Part shown: one piece after another, positions 11,088 to 30,239 of the stretch
Layout: each line of letters opens with the position of its first letter
How positions within the stretch are numbered: the first letter of the stretch is position 1
Source: the human T2T-CHM13v2.0 reference genome, Homo sapiens
DNA: 64,000 nucleotides
Reading direction: 5' to 3' (one strand)
Assembly: GCF_009914755.1 (NCBI RefSeq)
Contig: NC_060935.1
Notes under the pieces: generated by a model
What the model was told of the DNA's origin: nothing
Databases searched by the model: none
The model's input: only the letters and a program-made list of their open reading frames with translations
Program-made: the position numbers and the translations under genes

Positions 11088-14000
11088 TATTACCTCTTTG
11101 TCAAACTACATCATGAGACAGAAACAGTTACGATTTAATCTGGTCTGTCAAGAGTTCACCTAAAGCACTAGCAATAGTCAAAAAGACTATAGGACAAATG
11201 GATTTGCAACCACCACTATCAATAATGAACTTCGCCCAATTGTAAAGATTCTACCTTAAGATGCTAGCCAGTTATTTTTAAATTTGTTTAATCTTTATCT
11301 TGTTCTGTCTTTTGTGATGAACATAGTGTACTAGCCAATAGTGTAAGTATATAGTTTATAAATAAGTAAACATTCATATATATTTTACTTAGAGGGAGAA
11401 AGAATGTGTGTGTGTGCATTCTTAAATGTTCAGCATCTCTGGGACAAAGGAGCTGGAGAGGGCAGTTTCAGAATCGCCAGCATGTGGTGGTATTTAAAGC
11501 TATGGCACTGGGTAAGGTCACCAAGGAGAGTGTGAAGACAGAGGAAGGGACGAAGGATTCAACCCTAGGATAATCAGAAAGTAGGGGAGGAACCGGAACC
11601 AGCATTGAAAATGAAAAGGGAGCAGCCAGTGAGGTATGGAGAAGCAGAAGTGTGTTGTGTCTGAAACCCACAGGAAGAAAGTGTTTCCAGGAGAGGGAGT
11701 GATCAGCAGAGAGGATGCCTCATGAGGAGTGAGGAAAGGCAACTGGATTCGGCATCACAGAGGTGGTTAGGAATCTTGGAAAATGTTTCTGTGGAGAGGT
11801 TAGGCATGAAAATCAGACTGAAGAGAAATGGGAGGTAAGGAGGCAAAGACAGTATGACTACGGCTCCTTCAAAGAGCTTCGTTCTACACAGAATGGGGGA
11901 CACAGAAATGAGGCAGTAGCTATAGAGATGCATGAAGTCAATGGAGGGTTTGTTTGGTTTTTAAGACAGGAGATGGGTTTGTGTGATGTTGGAAATGATC
12001 TAGCAGAGGAGAAGAATTCTGAGATGGGAGGGGTTGATGGGGACAGCATGGGCAACATTCTTAAGAAGCTGAGAGAGAACAGGCTCCAGCTTGAGTGCAA
12101 GATAGAGGGGGGCCTTAGAGGCATGGGCTGCGCATCCATTTTAACAGGAGGCAGGTCTGAGCCTGTGTGGACAGACTCGGGATTAGGCAAGTTAGGCTGG
12201 ACATGAAGAGAAGAAGTTGTTTCGCTAGACTCCCAGACACCCATGGACACCTCTGCCTAGAAATCTTGTTGCCCAAGGAGCACTTCTCTCCCTGGCCTCT
12301 GGCTTTACTCCTCTTACAGAAGCATCTCTATTTTCCCAGGCACCAAGGCTCCAAATCACAGCTCTCCCTGGCTTCTCTCCTCACTGCCCTGTCACTCAGC
12401 GGCAGCATCCTACAGCTGTGTCCCTTCTCTCTATCCCCTATTCTTCGTCCCCATGGCATGAATGTCCCTTAGATCCTCACCGTCTCTTATTTGGATTGCC
12501 GCAGTAACCTTCCAAGATTCCCCTGGCTTTCTGTCCCTCCCTGCCTCCACTCTTTCCATTCTACCATCAGATGCACCTTTCTAAACTCTTTTTCTGATTG
12601 CTTCACTCCCTGGCTCAAAAACCTCCTTGCCTTGCCTTCCTGCACTCCTCTCAGTTTCTCTGACTCAATATTCAGGCTTTAGCCTCCTTTTATGTATCTT
12701 TTTCATCCTTTCTCATGCTCTCTCAAGAGCCTATTTTTTTCCTGCTTCTCCTATAAATCTCTTCTGATTATTTCTTCCCCAGTGATCACATTCATTTCAT
12801 CATTCAACCAACCCCCTGGCGTTTTTTCAGTGCCTCCTGCATATGAAACAGGGCATGGTGAGATGAGGGATGTATGGGAAGCAAGTGCCAGGATCACAGG
12901 CCACATCAGAATCCTCTGAGCTCAGCCCACCTCTTTCTCCTTCTCAGTCCCCAATCCATGTCATCCCCAAATGCTGCTCATTTTCCCTCTTAAATATTTC
13001 TCTAACCCATTGCTGTTTCTCTATCTAGGACCTGCATGTTCTCAGTATCTCATAGGCAACACATTCAAAAGCCCCCAGATTGGTCTTTCTGCCTCTAATT
13101 CTGCTCCCTCCAGTAAAGTCAGAGAGATCTTTCTAGAATACACATATGACCTGGACACTTCCCGAGTAAATCCTCCAATGGCAGCATGTCACCTAGAGAT
13201 AAAGTTGAGGCTCCTTAGCAACATATCCAAGGTTGCTGCAGAGGAACAGCAGTAAGCTGTTACAAAAGGAATTAAATGTTCCTAGTCTCTCAAGAACCCA
13301 GGCACTAAAATACTTCCCAGTTTGCCAGTTGTCTGGATTGTTTCTTCTAAAAATCTCAGCAAGTTTTCAAAACAACCAAATACAGTATATATAATACATA
13401 CATACATACATACATATATACACACACATGCATACACACACATATATATTATCCAGTGTATTTCTTAAATAATTTATCTTTTAGCTGGTATTATGAAAGT
13501 ACAATAGCTAGACATCCATGTCATATAGTTAATTTTCTTTAGACATGAAGAACTTTATGAAGTACTACAGAGCTTAAGAAATTTGTTCCTTGGACCCTAT
13601 AATCATTTTTTTTTTTGCCATCTTGTTAAAATTGATCACAGATGGTACAAAGGTCACTTGGAGAGCAGGCTGTCCCCAAAGTCCCCAAATGCCAAATTAA
13701 TGAAACTTTACTATATAAAATAATGATAAGAAAGAAAATATACAATTGGTCAGAAGTGATTATTTTCTCTGGTGTAAATTGGGACTTTAAAATTTATTTT
13801 TTAATGCTATACAAAGGACAAACAGTTCAATGCAAAAATAGGCAAAGAATATAGATGTTCTCAGAAGAAGGAATCCAAATGACCACAGGCATAAGACAGC
13901 ATGCTTAGTCTTACTAATAAAGAAAACCAAGTTAAAATGACTATTTTTTTTTTTTTTTTGCTTACCAGATTTGCAAAAATGAAAAGGATCAATGATAAAT

Positions 14001-14397
14001 AATCCATGTTAGCAAAGATGTAGGATGCTTCCAACGTTGGAAGCGACATGCATAGGCATGATCTTTTGGGAAAGTAATTTGGCAGTATCTATTAAAGTTT
14101 TAAATATGCAAGTTCTTTGAGTCGGCCATTGTACTTTTGCAAGTCTATCCTTCAGAAATATTGGCCATGTGTACAAAGAATGATATTCATTGAGCACTAT
14201 TTGCCATATAAAAATTAGCAATAACTTCTATGTTCACCAGTAGGGGTAGGGCTAATCAATACTGGTGTCTTCAAACAAATACAGCCTGGGAAGCTGTAAA
14301 AGAAATGAGGTTGCTCCGCTATCATGTTAGAGAGATGTTCTTGATCTAACTACAGTTAAAAACAACACATAGCACTATTCAAATTGTATTGATATTT

Positions 14398-14673
14398 GTT
14401 TTTTATTTTGTTAAGATAGGCTCTTGGTCTGCCACCCAGGCTGCAGTGCAGTGACACAATCATAGCTCACTGCAGCCTCGAACTCCTGGACTCAGATGAT
14501 CCTCCCGCCTTAGACTCCCGAGTAGCTGGGACTACAGGTGCTACCAACCAACATAGTGAGACAGAGTGTCACTATGTTGCCCAAACTAGTATTGAACTCC
14601 TGGCCTGAAGTGATCCTCCCACCTCGGCCTCCCAAAGTGCTGGGATTACAGATGTGAGCCACTGCACCCAGCC
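14398..14673 (-). mobile_element. AluJ
   Basis: Alu reverse complement with internal deletion. Confidence 0.88.
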
Positions 14674-15743
14674 TATTTTTTTAAAAAGATATATTTATTC
14701 ATACGTAAACCTACAGTCTACTTTCAACACAGTAGCCAAAGTTATCTTTTGAAAACATGTCAGTTACTCCTATGCTCAAAGCCCTCCACTGGCTTCCTTT
14801 CTCATCAGATTCGGGATCAGGGTGCTCCCTGGTTTCGAGTTCCCTCTGCTACTGCTCTGCCCTTGCTCTCCCTCCCTGCCTCTCTCAGCTCTCATCCTTC
14901 TGGCCTTCCTTCCAGTACCTTGGGGTTTTCCTATTTGTTGTTCTCTTTGCCTGAAACTCTCTTCCCCCAGATATCTCCATAGCTTGCTTCTTGCTGTCCT
15001 TTGCGTCTCTGCCCAAATGACACTTTGTAATGAGGCCTTCCCTGACCACAGTCTGCACTTTGGGGGAGTATGCTCCTCATCCCTCACCCCTCACCTTGGC
15101 CTGGCACTTTCCATTCCACTTCCCTGCAGCCCTGCTCTCCATATCCCTGTCGCCCTCTGCTACATGATAGTAGTATCTTTCTTCGTTTATTGGTTGGTTG
15201 TCTACCTTCTTCCTCTAAAATTGTAAACTCTGTGAGGGCTGAGATGTTTGCGTGTTTCTTTATTGCTGGATTCCTGATATCTAGAATGGTACCTGGCACA
15301 CAATTGGTGCTCAATAAATATTTATTGAATGACTATATAAAATTTCCTTTTTATATGTGCATAAAAACAGTTGTGGAAAAATCACACAGCAAACTATAAC
15401 AGTGATTACTGCTGGGGAGTTGGATTAGGGAGCTGTGGAGAGAACTTTCATCTTTACTGTATACATTTCTGTGCCATTTGAAACAGGCACTACTTTCATA
15501 ATTGAAAACTAAATTTAAAATATTTAAAAAGATAAACATAATGGTTCCATCTCTCCCCCCAGGAGAGATGGAAGTGACTCCATTTTTCTTTTTTTGAGCT
15601 CTTTTCTGCAAATACCGAAAATCATTTCTAAAAGGAACTATCCTAAGCTTGTCTCCACTGTACCATCCAGAGCTCAGAAAACATCAGCAAGCCTGGTCTT
15701 TATGAAGTCCTAACACCATCAAATAGACCAGGACTAGAAGACA

Positions 15744-15744
<1 letters not shown>

Positions 15745-15784
<40 letters not shown>
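15745..15784. repeat. (AC)20 microsatellite
   Basis: Perfect dinucleotide run. Confidence 0.97.
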
Positions 15785-15786
<2 letters not shown>

Positions 15787-16057
15787 CCTTGTCTATGCCA
15801 CATGCTGCCTTCTGGATAAAAAGCCTTTCTAATTAACACACCTGACACTTCTTTACACCCACTTCCTCCCTCAGCAGCAAGAGGGAATGTCACTGGTAAC
15901 TGCTTGAGCCGTTTTCTCTGCATGGTAAAATCTTCAACATTGCTGTCAGACCTGGACCTGATTTGATGCTGTGAGGGCTACAAAATTCATCCAGTGTTTG
16001 GGAGCTCCTGAGACAAGACACATTGGCTCCCCTAGAAACAAATCAAACCTAATTTAG

Positions 16058-16436
<379 letters not shown>

Positions 16437-18099
16437 CCGAGTGTCTTTCGTAGGCTGTTGTGGTCATGAAGCCCCTGTTAAGTAACTCCTGCTCCTTATC
16501 CTTGGGCCTTTACTCCCCAGGAACATACCCATGGTAGTATTAGTGATACCCTCACTGGGAGCCAGTCCATGGGGCCCTTGACATTAGGTTTTCTTGACTT
16601 TTTAACTGGCCACAAAGACTCCCTGGCCCGTCCGTGAGGCCTAACCCCAACAGGATAGCAGACGGGGGAGGGGTGCAGTGTAACCCTGAGAGGCCAGGAG
16701 GGCCCTGACAGTTTCTGCAACTCATCCTGGAAAGTAGGGCAGCCACAGCCAACTCTCCCCACTATTTTAGTACGGAAACTGGAACTCTTAGAATTTTAAA
16801 TGAGAACAGATCAACCAGCTGGGCTGTTTTTACTTTTTTCCACTTTGTTTCTTTTTAAGAGAATCAGCTGGAATGAAAATCAAGACTATCTGGAAACCAG
16901 CCTCTTGTAGACAGTTACACTTGATTTTGCACTTGATTTTCACTAAGTTTTGGCAAAGCAACAAATTTGAGCTGTGGGCCTAAGGCTGACAATTCTCTGG
17001 AACAAGTGCCCCTGGATTCAGCTTTGCTTACTTAGAAATACAAATGGGATTCTTACTCCTTAGCTAAGCTTGGGCCTCATGATTCTACTGATACTTAGGA
17101 AAAGGACATCAGTTTATCCTGGAGAAATCTAATTACTGAAATTCACCCTGCTTGGGACCAGAGCACAGGCTTTGGAATCAGAACATCAGTGTGATCTTGA
17201 GCAAGAGAATTTAACACTCTAAGCTTCAGCTGTTAAATATAGGTAATAATACCTACCTGGGAAGGTTACTGTTAGGATTAATTGAGATAATGCAGACATG
17301 AGACTTACTGTTATGCTTGTGACAGATAAGAACTCAATAAATCATTATGATTATCACTATAAAGTGAGACCCCAATTTTTCCCATCTAAGACTTTTCAGA
17401 TAAAATCTCCTATAATTGCCCAGAAGAGTCCCTTGTGACAAATCTCTAAACTGACCATCCTAGAACCTCGTGTCCTGGACCCTCTTGCTAGCTTTATCAG
17501 AGAGACAGAACTGATATTGCTCAAGTGCCAGGTCTCAAATTTAATTCTGAAGCACCACCACCAACACAACCCACACAATGGAACTGACACTATGAGGAGC
17601 CCTGGGCTGAGGCTCTGGGTCTCATAAGGCAGCCAAGCAGCCCCCTAGCTTTGCCTCTGCACAGAACTATGGACAGGAGCTTATTCATTGCCATAGTTGG
17701 TCAAGCCAGAGGGAGACCATAAGAGTAGCTTTGATGACAGAGTGTGGAGAAGGCTCGAGGGTACCTTACCCCTGCAGTCCTGCCCCAGCCAGGGAAGACC
17801 ACCGTCCCTCAGACCTGTAAAGGGCAACATCCCCTCTTCTCATCAACCTTGCCACTTCTTTCCTGTTCCTCAAGTCAACCAACATTTTAGTGCCCACCAC
17901 AAGCCAGATACTATGCCAGGTGCTGAGGACAGGGAGATGAATGAGGTCAGTCTCACTCCAGGGAGCTCTGGGCCTAGCAGGGACGACAGACACAAACGCA
18001 ACAGTTACTGAAACAGAAGCACTGCCCGGAGTGTTCTCTAAAGTGAGCCCTGAGAAGGGAGGATGGGCCAGACTTGCCTTCGGTTACCCTGAGTGTTTA

Positions 18100-18552
<453 letters not shown>

Positions 18553-18733
18553 TTATGAAGCAGAGAAAACCATCAGGTTCCAAACCAATTCAGTTTAGTT
18601 TCGGGGTGAAAAAAAACAGGAGATACTTCAGTGTTTGCATTACTTTTCCCCCAAGAATAATAAAAAGTGAAAGGCAAAGAAATAAGGAGCAAGCCGTGAG
18701 AAGCCTGGCAATGCAGACTGTTTTCAAACCAAC

Positions 18734-18889
18734 CTGTCACCTCCTTTTGGTTAGTTTCAAGCTCAAACTCAACAGTGATAAACATTTCCTTAGGGGTGCT
18801 TGGTCGGCCAGGGGCTCCTGGGACTTGCTTGCCAGAGCTGCATGTAAGGTTTACGTAGCGGAAGCTCTCTTTTACTGAGCTGTGCTTCT
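18734..18889 (-). CDS. SCUBE2: SCUBE2 exon 15, spacer ([17 protein letters not shown]...KEVT)
   Basis: atacag acceptor, GTTGGT donor, 156 nt. Confidence 0.95.
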
Positions 18890-20001
18890 CTGTATGAAGA
18901 AACAAAATTATCGGAAGCCAAATCCTGGCAAAGCACTCAGCTGAACATTTGCTAGAGCTCAGTAAACATTTCATTAAAACAACTCTCAAGGGACTAAGTG
19001 ATTATCTCCAGATGCCAAGACACTGCAAGCCCTTAACTTGGAGCACAACGACATTTTAATGTTGAAGAGCTAGCATTGCCTCCTATATAACTTTACAATT
19101 TAGCTCTTGAAAATTCTTTTCATGAATAAATGGGAGATGTTTCCGACTGACTAGCCACATATGTGGAAGACAAGAACCAGGGATTGTCTTGCATTCCTTA
19201 CTGACGGTTTGCTAACGTGTGCTTACACTCTCACAGTTGGTTTGCATAAAGCTGGATGTGCCGAGCAGGGGCTGAGGCTTCAAATAAGGAATGAGCACAA
19301 GAGTGGAAAGGAAACCAACTACTGCTTTCAGGCAAACTGACCTTGGAGTCATTCTAACCTGAAAGGAAAGCTGGAACACCCGTCAGCAGTGATGTCTCAT
19401 TTTTAAATAACCAGGAGCAATAAATGGTACAAAGCATCAACAGAACCTAACAATATCATGAAGGCATCTAGGATGAGAGTGGAAGTGTTGCATGACAGGG
19501 CTTTGCACATCCTTCTTCCTGACTTGGCTGTCTCCCCTCTCACCATGGTTTCCAGTGAATCTGTTAACCCTCACCAAAGAGCAGGTCCACATATCATCCA
19601 CTCCATGAATTTGTCTCTATTTCAAAATCTTTATTGAAATGAAGTATTGCCTGTATCAGATTCTTCTTTAACATTACAAGGACATTCAAGCCATAGGTCA
19701 ACAGGGGCCACAGGAAGGAGGCAGATTTATTTCTTCTCTACATTTTTCCCCTAAAGATTTATCTTACTTTTTCAAAAGGGTAACTTCAGATCTTAAACTG
19801 AACAGATTCTCATTTTAAATCTTTTTCCCTTTCGATGTTTCCATATATATTTTTTTAACTTTTCATTTTGAAATAAGTAGATTTATAGAAAAGTTGCTAA
19901 GATAGTATAGAGTTCCCACATAACCTTCACTCAGTCTCCCCTAACGTTAACATCATACATTTATCAAAACTAAGACATTAACACTAGTACAATCCCATTA
20001 A

Positions 20002-20336
<335 letters not shown>

Positions 20337-21396
20337 CAAATCTATTTTTGAGCAATGGCCCCTCCCTTCACCCCTGAGGTTTAAAAGTATAAATGCTCAC
20401 TATGGTTAATTTGGCAAACGCAGAAAAAAAATTAAAATTACCCATGCCTCCCACCCAGATGTAACCACTACTAATGATATGGTGAGTTTTCTTTTTGTTT
20501 CTTCTACCACAGTTTTTCTTACACAATTTGGATTGTATTAGATATACAAAATGTTTCTCTCCTGCTTTACATCTCAGCATTATAACAAGACCATTTTCCT
20601 GTGTCATTAAACATTCTTTGAAAACATAGAATTAATAGCTGCATAATATTCCATCAAATGGAGGTACCAAGTTTCTTAAAATTACTTACCTAAAATAGGC
20701 AGTCAAAAGTGACTAGAGTGAGCTTTAGGTTTATTTGTCTGTGTGATTTGAGAGTAGATTGGGAAAAGAAGCCTCCCTAATACATGAATCCTGATCCTTT
20801 TTATTTTTAATTTCCAAAAGAATTCTATAAAATAATACTGGAAATGTGTGCTGGGAAAGAAAAAGGAATGTTAGATTCTGCTCTTCTCAATAAGGCCAGT
20901 TCTACTTGGATGGTATTTGCTTTGCTGAAGCCAATGGGGTCACCGCTTCCAAAAACTAGACCCAGCAGGAAGGCTGGATATTAGATCTTTGTTCATCAAA
21001 GTTATCCTTTCTGAGCCAAACCTTTTTTCATTTCTTTGGCTTATATTTCAAGCAAAATCTGAGATCTAGAAAATTTAACCCAATATGATCACAAATTGCT
21101 AATTCATCTGAAGCCCTTATTGACTTCTGTGAACTCGTGGGTTTCCCCAGAGCCTCACCAACTATACCATGCAAAGGAAGCCCCGAAGTGTGACCCCAGA
21201 ACTATACAAGCATGCTAGGTTATGCTCTTCTTCCTCTTGGGATGAGTCCCTGGAAGTTGGGGATGGTTCAGTTCCATCTGCAGTGTGCTTGGATCGGCTG
21301 GACAGCCCCTGGCCCCCATGGACCTCCAGCTCGGCTGGCTGCAGGCCCCTTCCCACATGCAGGCAAGCTCCCTACACCAACCATCTGATTCCATAC

Positions 21397-21501
21397 CTGG
21401 TAGTGCTGGTCGCAGACCCTCGGGAAACAGCTCAGCATTTTTCAAACTACACTTGCCTTCATTTAGCTTAAAGGTTACACTTGTCCTGATGGTGGTGACA
21501 T
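21397..21501 (-). CDS. SCUBE2: SCUBE2 exon 14, spacer ([18 protein letters not shown]...RPALP)
   Basis: ttctgaag acceptor, GTATGG donor, 105 nt. Confidence 0.95.
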
Positions 21502-21710
21502 CTTCAGAAAGAAACAAGTGAGAGATGTTACCTTCAGAGGCAAAGGAATGGAGACACCAGATGGGAAGCAGCAAGCTGTCCATTGGTGGCTTCCACCACA
21601 CACAGCACACCCTGAGACCCTCTCCTACCCTGAGGCTAAGAGTGGCTTGGATCATGGAGTGCCCATTGCCCTGGACTGGGGCCACCAGGAGCCTCCTAAA
21701 ATTGCAGTTA

Positions 21711-21973
<263 letters not shown>

Positions 21974-22019
<46 letters not shown>

Positions 22020-22065
22020 CCTACCTACCTATCTATCTATCTATCTATCTACCTATCTATCTATC
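21974..22065. repeat. Compound tetranucleotide STR (TATC)11(TACC)3(TATC)5(TACC)1(TATC)3
   Basis: Counted directly; abuts the Alu tail. Confidence 0.95.
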
Positions 22066-23435
22066 TAAAACTGAGGGTCAAAAATAGCCTCCACGGTGAA
22101 ATAGAACATGAAGTCATTTTTGTGCCTTCCTGAGAAAAAAAGGCCAGAATCCCCCAGTTCAAATCTGGATAAGCCCGTTTGGCGAAATGGTGAAGGGCAG
22201 ATTCTCCTAAACAAGCCCGTCGTGGGAGGACAGGGCTGAGGGAGCTGTTGTTCCAGACACAGATGGCACTCACTAAACATGGCTAGGCTCTGAGGTCTGA
22301 GAGGGAGTGAGGGTCCCACTGTGAGAGCCTGATGTGCAAAATTCTGTTCTCCTCCCAGGGTCAGTCAGTCTTAACCATCCGGTAGGATCTGGAGTCAATG
22401 CCCTACAGCTCTTTTAAGTTGTGGTGAGAACTTGAGCAAGTTACTTAATCTCCCTAAGCTTCAGTGTCCTCATCTGTAAAACAGGCATAATTATAGTACC
22501 TATATTACCAGGCTGTTGTAAGGATAAAATGAGATAATGCATTTAAAAAAAGGAAAATGTTTAGCTCCTTGCCTGGTACGTAGTAATAACTGCATAGCCA
22601 TTAGCTATTTGCTTGCCCCACCTTGGGGTGGCCCAAATCACCAAGGAACTGTCACTGAGGGATTTGGCGAAACAGACCATGATGTATGCCCTGGCTGAGT
22701 CCAAACGTGCATTGAAAGGGGCAGTGAAGGATAGTGCTTGAGACTCTGGACCCAGACTGCCTGGGTTCAAATCCCAGCTCCCCTATTTCTTATCTAAACC
22801 ACTTTGAGTAAGTTATTTCACCTCTCTGAGCCTCAGTTTCTTCATCTGGTTAATGAGAATAATAGTAAAATTTCCTCAGAGGGTTGTAGTATGGCTTAAG
22901 TCAGTTAATTCGTGTACTATGGTAGCTGGCATATTTGAATTGCTCAGTCAACACATACAAGCTGTACTGTCTTGCTTTGAGTCTCTAGCTTTGCTCATAT
23001 ATGTAATATGAACATCAGGATGTAATATGAACCTCATTCAGGTGTTCCAATGACATAATGACAAAGGCGTCTATATCCGGGAGGACACAGCCTCCTAAAA
23101 ACCTTGGATTTCATTCTTCATCTTTTGACAAACAGGAAAGGGTTTGGGCCCCTTTCTCGGCACAGAATCCCTGCTGCCCCTGCTTTGCCTATTTCTATCC
23201 ACACCATGTGCTCCAGGCACATTCCCTGGGCCTTTGAGGTGCTCTGGAGTACAGCCTGCTGGTCCTGGGGTTCTGTGGGCCTCTGCCCAGGGTGATGACC
23301 CACCAGGGCTGACCACAGCCTCCTGACACACAGTGGCCACACAGTAAGTATCTGTTACATGGGAGAGTCACATTCCGGGCACCAGGACTGCAGGCAACAA
23401 CACCCTGGAACATGCTCACAGCATCAAGGAAATTA

Positions 23436-24028
<593 letters not shown>

Positions 24029-24341
24029 TTACAGAAAGAGAAGGACATTTCCAAGTGTGACAAGGATGGTTGAGTCCCATGCACCAAAGGCCCCAAGAAA
24101 AGAAGGTAGAGCTCATGCCCAGCACAGAACATAGATGCTAGGCCTTATTCCCACCAAGGGAAAGGAGCCCCTGATATGCCATTTCTTCATGCAGAAAAGC
24201 AACCAGGAAAACAGAAGTGAGTTCCAACCTACACAGAAGCACAGAAGGAAACACCAAAGATCCTGCAAAGTATCTCCTGTTTTTGAACTATTTAAAGAAC
24301 AGTTGCTGCAGCTGGTGGGGAAGTCAGTGGAGGGACGGTCA

Positions 24342-24638
<297 letters not shown>

Positions 24639-24687
24639 TCACAAGGTTGAAACTCACTAACCAAAGGAAGACACTGAATGCCTTTAG

Positions 24688-25120
<433 letters not shown>

Positions 25121-25478
25121 TAGCAACACTCAGAAGGATCCGCACTCTACTTTCAGATGTCCAAACTCAGACACTGCACAGACTTCTATTTTAAAACTCT
25201 ACCATCCTTCTGAGCTGCCTAGCAAGGGAGGCAGACAGAACTGGGACTCCCTGCTTAACCATTTACACAGTTGAGGCACAGAGAAAGGGAAGTGACTACA
25301 CTAATTCCCATCAACCTGAGACTGAGTCCAGATCAAAAGGTAGCTCCACCTAAACCCAGACATACATCCATACTCAGGGTACATTTCCTCGAGGTTTCCT
25401 GATGGACTGGGAAGAGTAGTATGTCTTTGGCCATGCCAAGGATGTGTTGAAAGGGAGAAGGGAGATAACTGTCAGTAG

Positions 25479-25818
<340 letters not shown>

Positions 25819-26579
25819 CATATCCAATCTTCTAAAGCACAAGACTCAGGACTGGTCAGGAAGTATTTAAGCCAGTGGTTCCCAAATCCTATAGATCCTC
25901 AGGAAGATGACCTTGGAAGTCCTAGACATTCTGAATTGGAATCTGAACCTGTATTCTCAAAGATTGCTGGGTGAATCTGATGGCTGGGGGAGTGGAGTGG
26001 GAGTTAGTTGGTAACAAATCCAGTTTATGGCATAGCCTGCTTGACCATGAGGTTATGAGACATGAGAACATTTTGCAAAATGGGCACAGAGTGGAGAGAG
26101 AAACTTCATAGTTCTGCTTCCAGCTCAAAGACCTAGTTGTGGGACTCAAACCAAGGCTTTGCAGCCAGTTCCTATGCATAGCAGGGCTGTGGAATTGGTG
26201 GGTGCCCCCCAAGCCTCTCTGAGGACTGTGACTTTACTATCTGCTGAGATGTTCCAATAGATAGGTTATCAGCTCCTGAGATACCCTTCCACTCTCTGAA
26301 TACAGCCGCAAGTCAATCAAGTCGATAGAGAATTCACAGCTGGAAGAGCTCAGTTCTTCTCTCTGCTCCATTTCACACTCGGTGTGTTAAAGGGATACAT
26401 GTGGGGAGATTTCCTTTAGCAGATCCTGCTCTCAAGTTGATGGACTCACCGCTATTGCTCAGGGACTGCAATGTACCTTTCATACCCCAATGTAGGAAAG
26501 CAAACCTCAGGGGTAGGCCCTGCTCCCCTCCAGGCCCAGCCTCATTCCCCTCCCAACTTGACAGGGGCAGTCTGCTCAC

Positions 26580-26696
26580 CTCCACAGTGGGTGAAGCCAT
26601 ACAGGGTGTACCCTCGGTTGCAAGCACAAGCAAATGTGCCAGGGTGGTTGATGCAGCTGTGGTCACAGGTCCTATCCAAAGAGCACTCATCCACAT
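26580..26696 (-). CDS. SCUBE2: SCUBE2 exon 10, EGF8 ([15 protein letters not shown]...THCG)
   Basis: ttacag acceptor, GTGAGC donor, 117 nt. Confidence 0.96.
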
Positions 26697-28287
26697 CTGT
26701 AATGGTCAAAGGGAGAGGGGAGCTGAAACCCACTCTGAGGGATGAGTGAAGAATAGGTTTATGATAAATACCAGTTGCTGACCAACACCAAAAACAATAC
26801 ACACAGAGTAAAAAACATTATCTATCCATTTTCCTCACTCACTTGTGTTAAAGAAAGTGTGGAGCAGCCCACAAGAAGTATACTGACTGCCGCGGCCCTC
26901 ATTTCCACATTCTGTTGCAAACTGCACTTCCCTCAAAACTCAGTTGGTCTCTTTCACCCATGCGTACTTGCAGGGCTAATTTAAAATGTTTAAATGAAGC
27001 CAAATGAGATAACATACCTAAAAAGGGTTTTGTAAGCTACAGGTGCTAGCTATGCATTTTTATTGTCATATAACTATTAGTAAAACAGCAATATTAATTT
27101 ATTAACTACGGCAAATTGAAAGGAGAAAACACTTGGTTTGGAGGTAAATCTAGTTCCCATCCCTTTCTTATTTTCTCAGAATTAGTCTTCTGGCCCCAAG
27201 AGGCCAGTTAATCCTAGGTTTTAATGCCCTCTGCACTGAAAGAATGCATCAATACTAATATCCTCACTAATTTTCTCTTTGCAGGCCCTGAAATGTGGTA
27301 GTTCAGCTCCACATTGGATGCTTTTGGCCGATGCCTTGGTTTTGCTCCTCCCCTATGTGCCAGTCCTATGAGTCTGCTAGCCTCCTGGTTCAGTGTGGAA
27401 GCCTCCTTGGCTGCAGCGGGGGTCATGCACAGCAGCCTCAGGAGGCTGCATTTGTCCATCTCAGCATCTCTTTCCCTGGGTCTGGCCCTCAACCTCTTTC
27501 TTGTAGGCTGGAATTTGAGTGCTTCACTCCCTGAACTCTGGAGGATTTTAACATAGTTACGACTTGTGTCTCCAAATGGATAAACCAGGACCAGTGCCGC
27601 ACTCAGTCGAAGCCAACTAGACCACTGCTAGACCACTTTTTTCAACACCGAGTGTGCCATGAGAAACTATGTTAATAAAAGGCAAAAATGTGGAAGGAAC
27701 AGGAAGAATGAAAAAGCAAAATAAAAAAGGGCAAATTCTTGCAAAACCTCTTCATCCCTAGCTTTTCCCAGAAATCCTGGCATTTCTTCAGTAAATTTGT
27801 TCTGTGCAAGTATTTGTTCTACCAAGACCGATCAGTGAAAAATGAGAAAAACCTAGTTTCTTCCCTAGGAATTGATGCCATTTTATGAAATCTGTTATTA
27901 ATATCAGCCAGTTGTCGAGAAAGTGCACTTGTTCAGTAGCTGACTTTGGCTGCTCAGTATGGGCTTTTGCTTTGCCAAAAATAATGAGATCACTTTTCTA
28001 ATTCCTTTTTAATGTGTTTACACAGCTTCAACAGTATTGCCTGCTCTATACACTAGGAAACATTATGTGGAACAGCAAATTTGCTTTCCAAGTCAAACTG
28101 AAGAAAACCACACAATAATTATCTAGAATTAACTTACTGAATTTAAAGAGGAATATACTTGAACTGCCTGACAAATTATGCATTAAGAACAAACCAAGAG
28201 AAAAACAAAACAAACATCACACCATAATATTTTTGTAAAAAGGTAATGCTACATCTTTGTTATCTAAGATGAAATCTGATACTCTGA

Positions 28288-28618
<331 letters not shown>

Positions 28619-28966
28619 TAATTCTGAGATTTCTAACAAAATAAATTAGTCCTTATTCCCAAAAATGGAGCAAGAATACATTACAGCACATCTTTCCTGA
28701 GAACTTCTTCTGCATATCAAAGGGAAGGTGCTCATCTAAAAATAGAAAACAGCTTTCCCCCACCCAAAACAGCTGCTAATACTAACAACAACTGCTACCT
28801 AGAGAAGTCTCCTTGCTGCAGCCCTTATATGGGAAGGATGTGTTTGAGAAGGGGTCTGAAATCCTCTCTAAGGATCAACAAGCATCTCCTCCCCACAAGC
28901 CCTCCCCCTCCCTCTCTGCCTTCCCTCTCTTCAAAGATCAAAGGCTGATGGTTTAAAGCAAGTGCT

Positions 28967-29609
<643 letters not shown>

Positions 29610-30083
29610 CAAGTGCTATAAGAAAGAGACCAATTGGTACATAATCTTGATCATGGGTTAACTCCAAGTTTTTGCTAGGGAGGTATGTTAACTAAATCTA
29701 CAGACTTTGCCACCAACTTTTGTGATAAATTCAATAACATTAAAGGAAATTTTAGAAAAGGAAAATTATTCATAATCTCAACACCCCACTGGAACTCCAT
29801 TTGCATTCTGTTTTCCATTCCATTTCTAGCAGTGAGCTCTGCTGTCATCACATCGATGGGTTCTTTAAGGTGTTCTCTAACCATTAACAGCTTAATTTCC
29901 AAATACACCTGTGAGCTACATCAGTGTTTTTATTTTACCTAATAGATGAAATGAGTGAAGCCTAGGAAGGAGATTGGATTAGTGGCCCTGTCAAGAAGCC
30001 TGATAAGCCAGTCTCTGCCAGGAGGGTGCTACGTTCTCTCTGCTCCAACCTGTGGGCCATTGCGCAGCACAGCTATGTTTTCA

Positions 30084-30239
<156 letters not shown>

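Noticed and set aside
23001-23032. Short tandem duplications (also 33590-33650)
   Set aside because: Ordinary slippage events with no sign of function.
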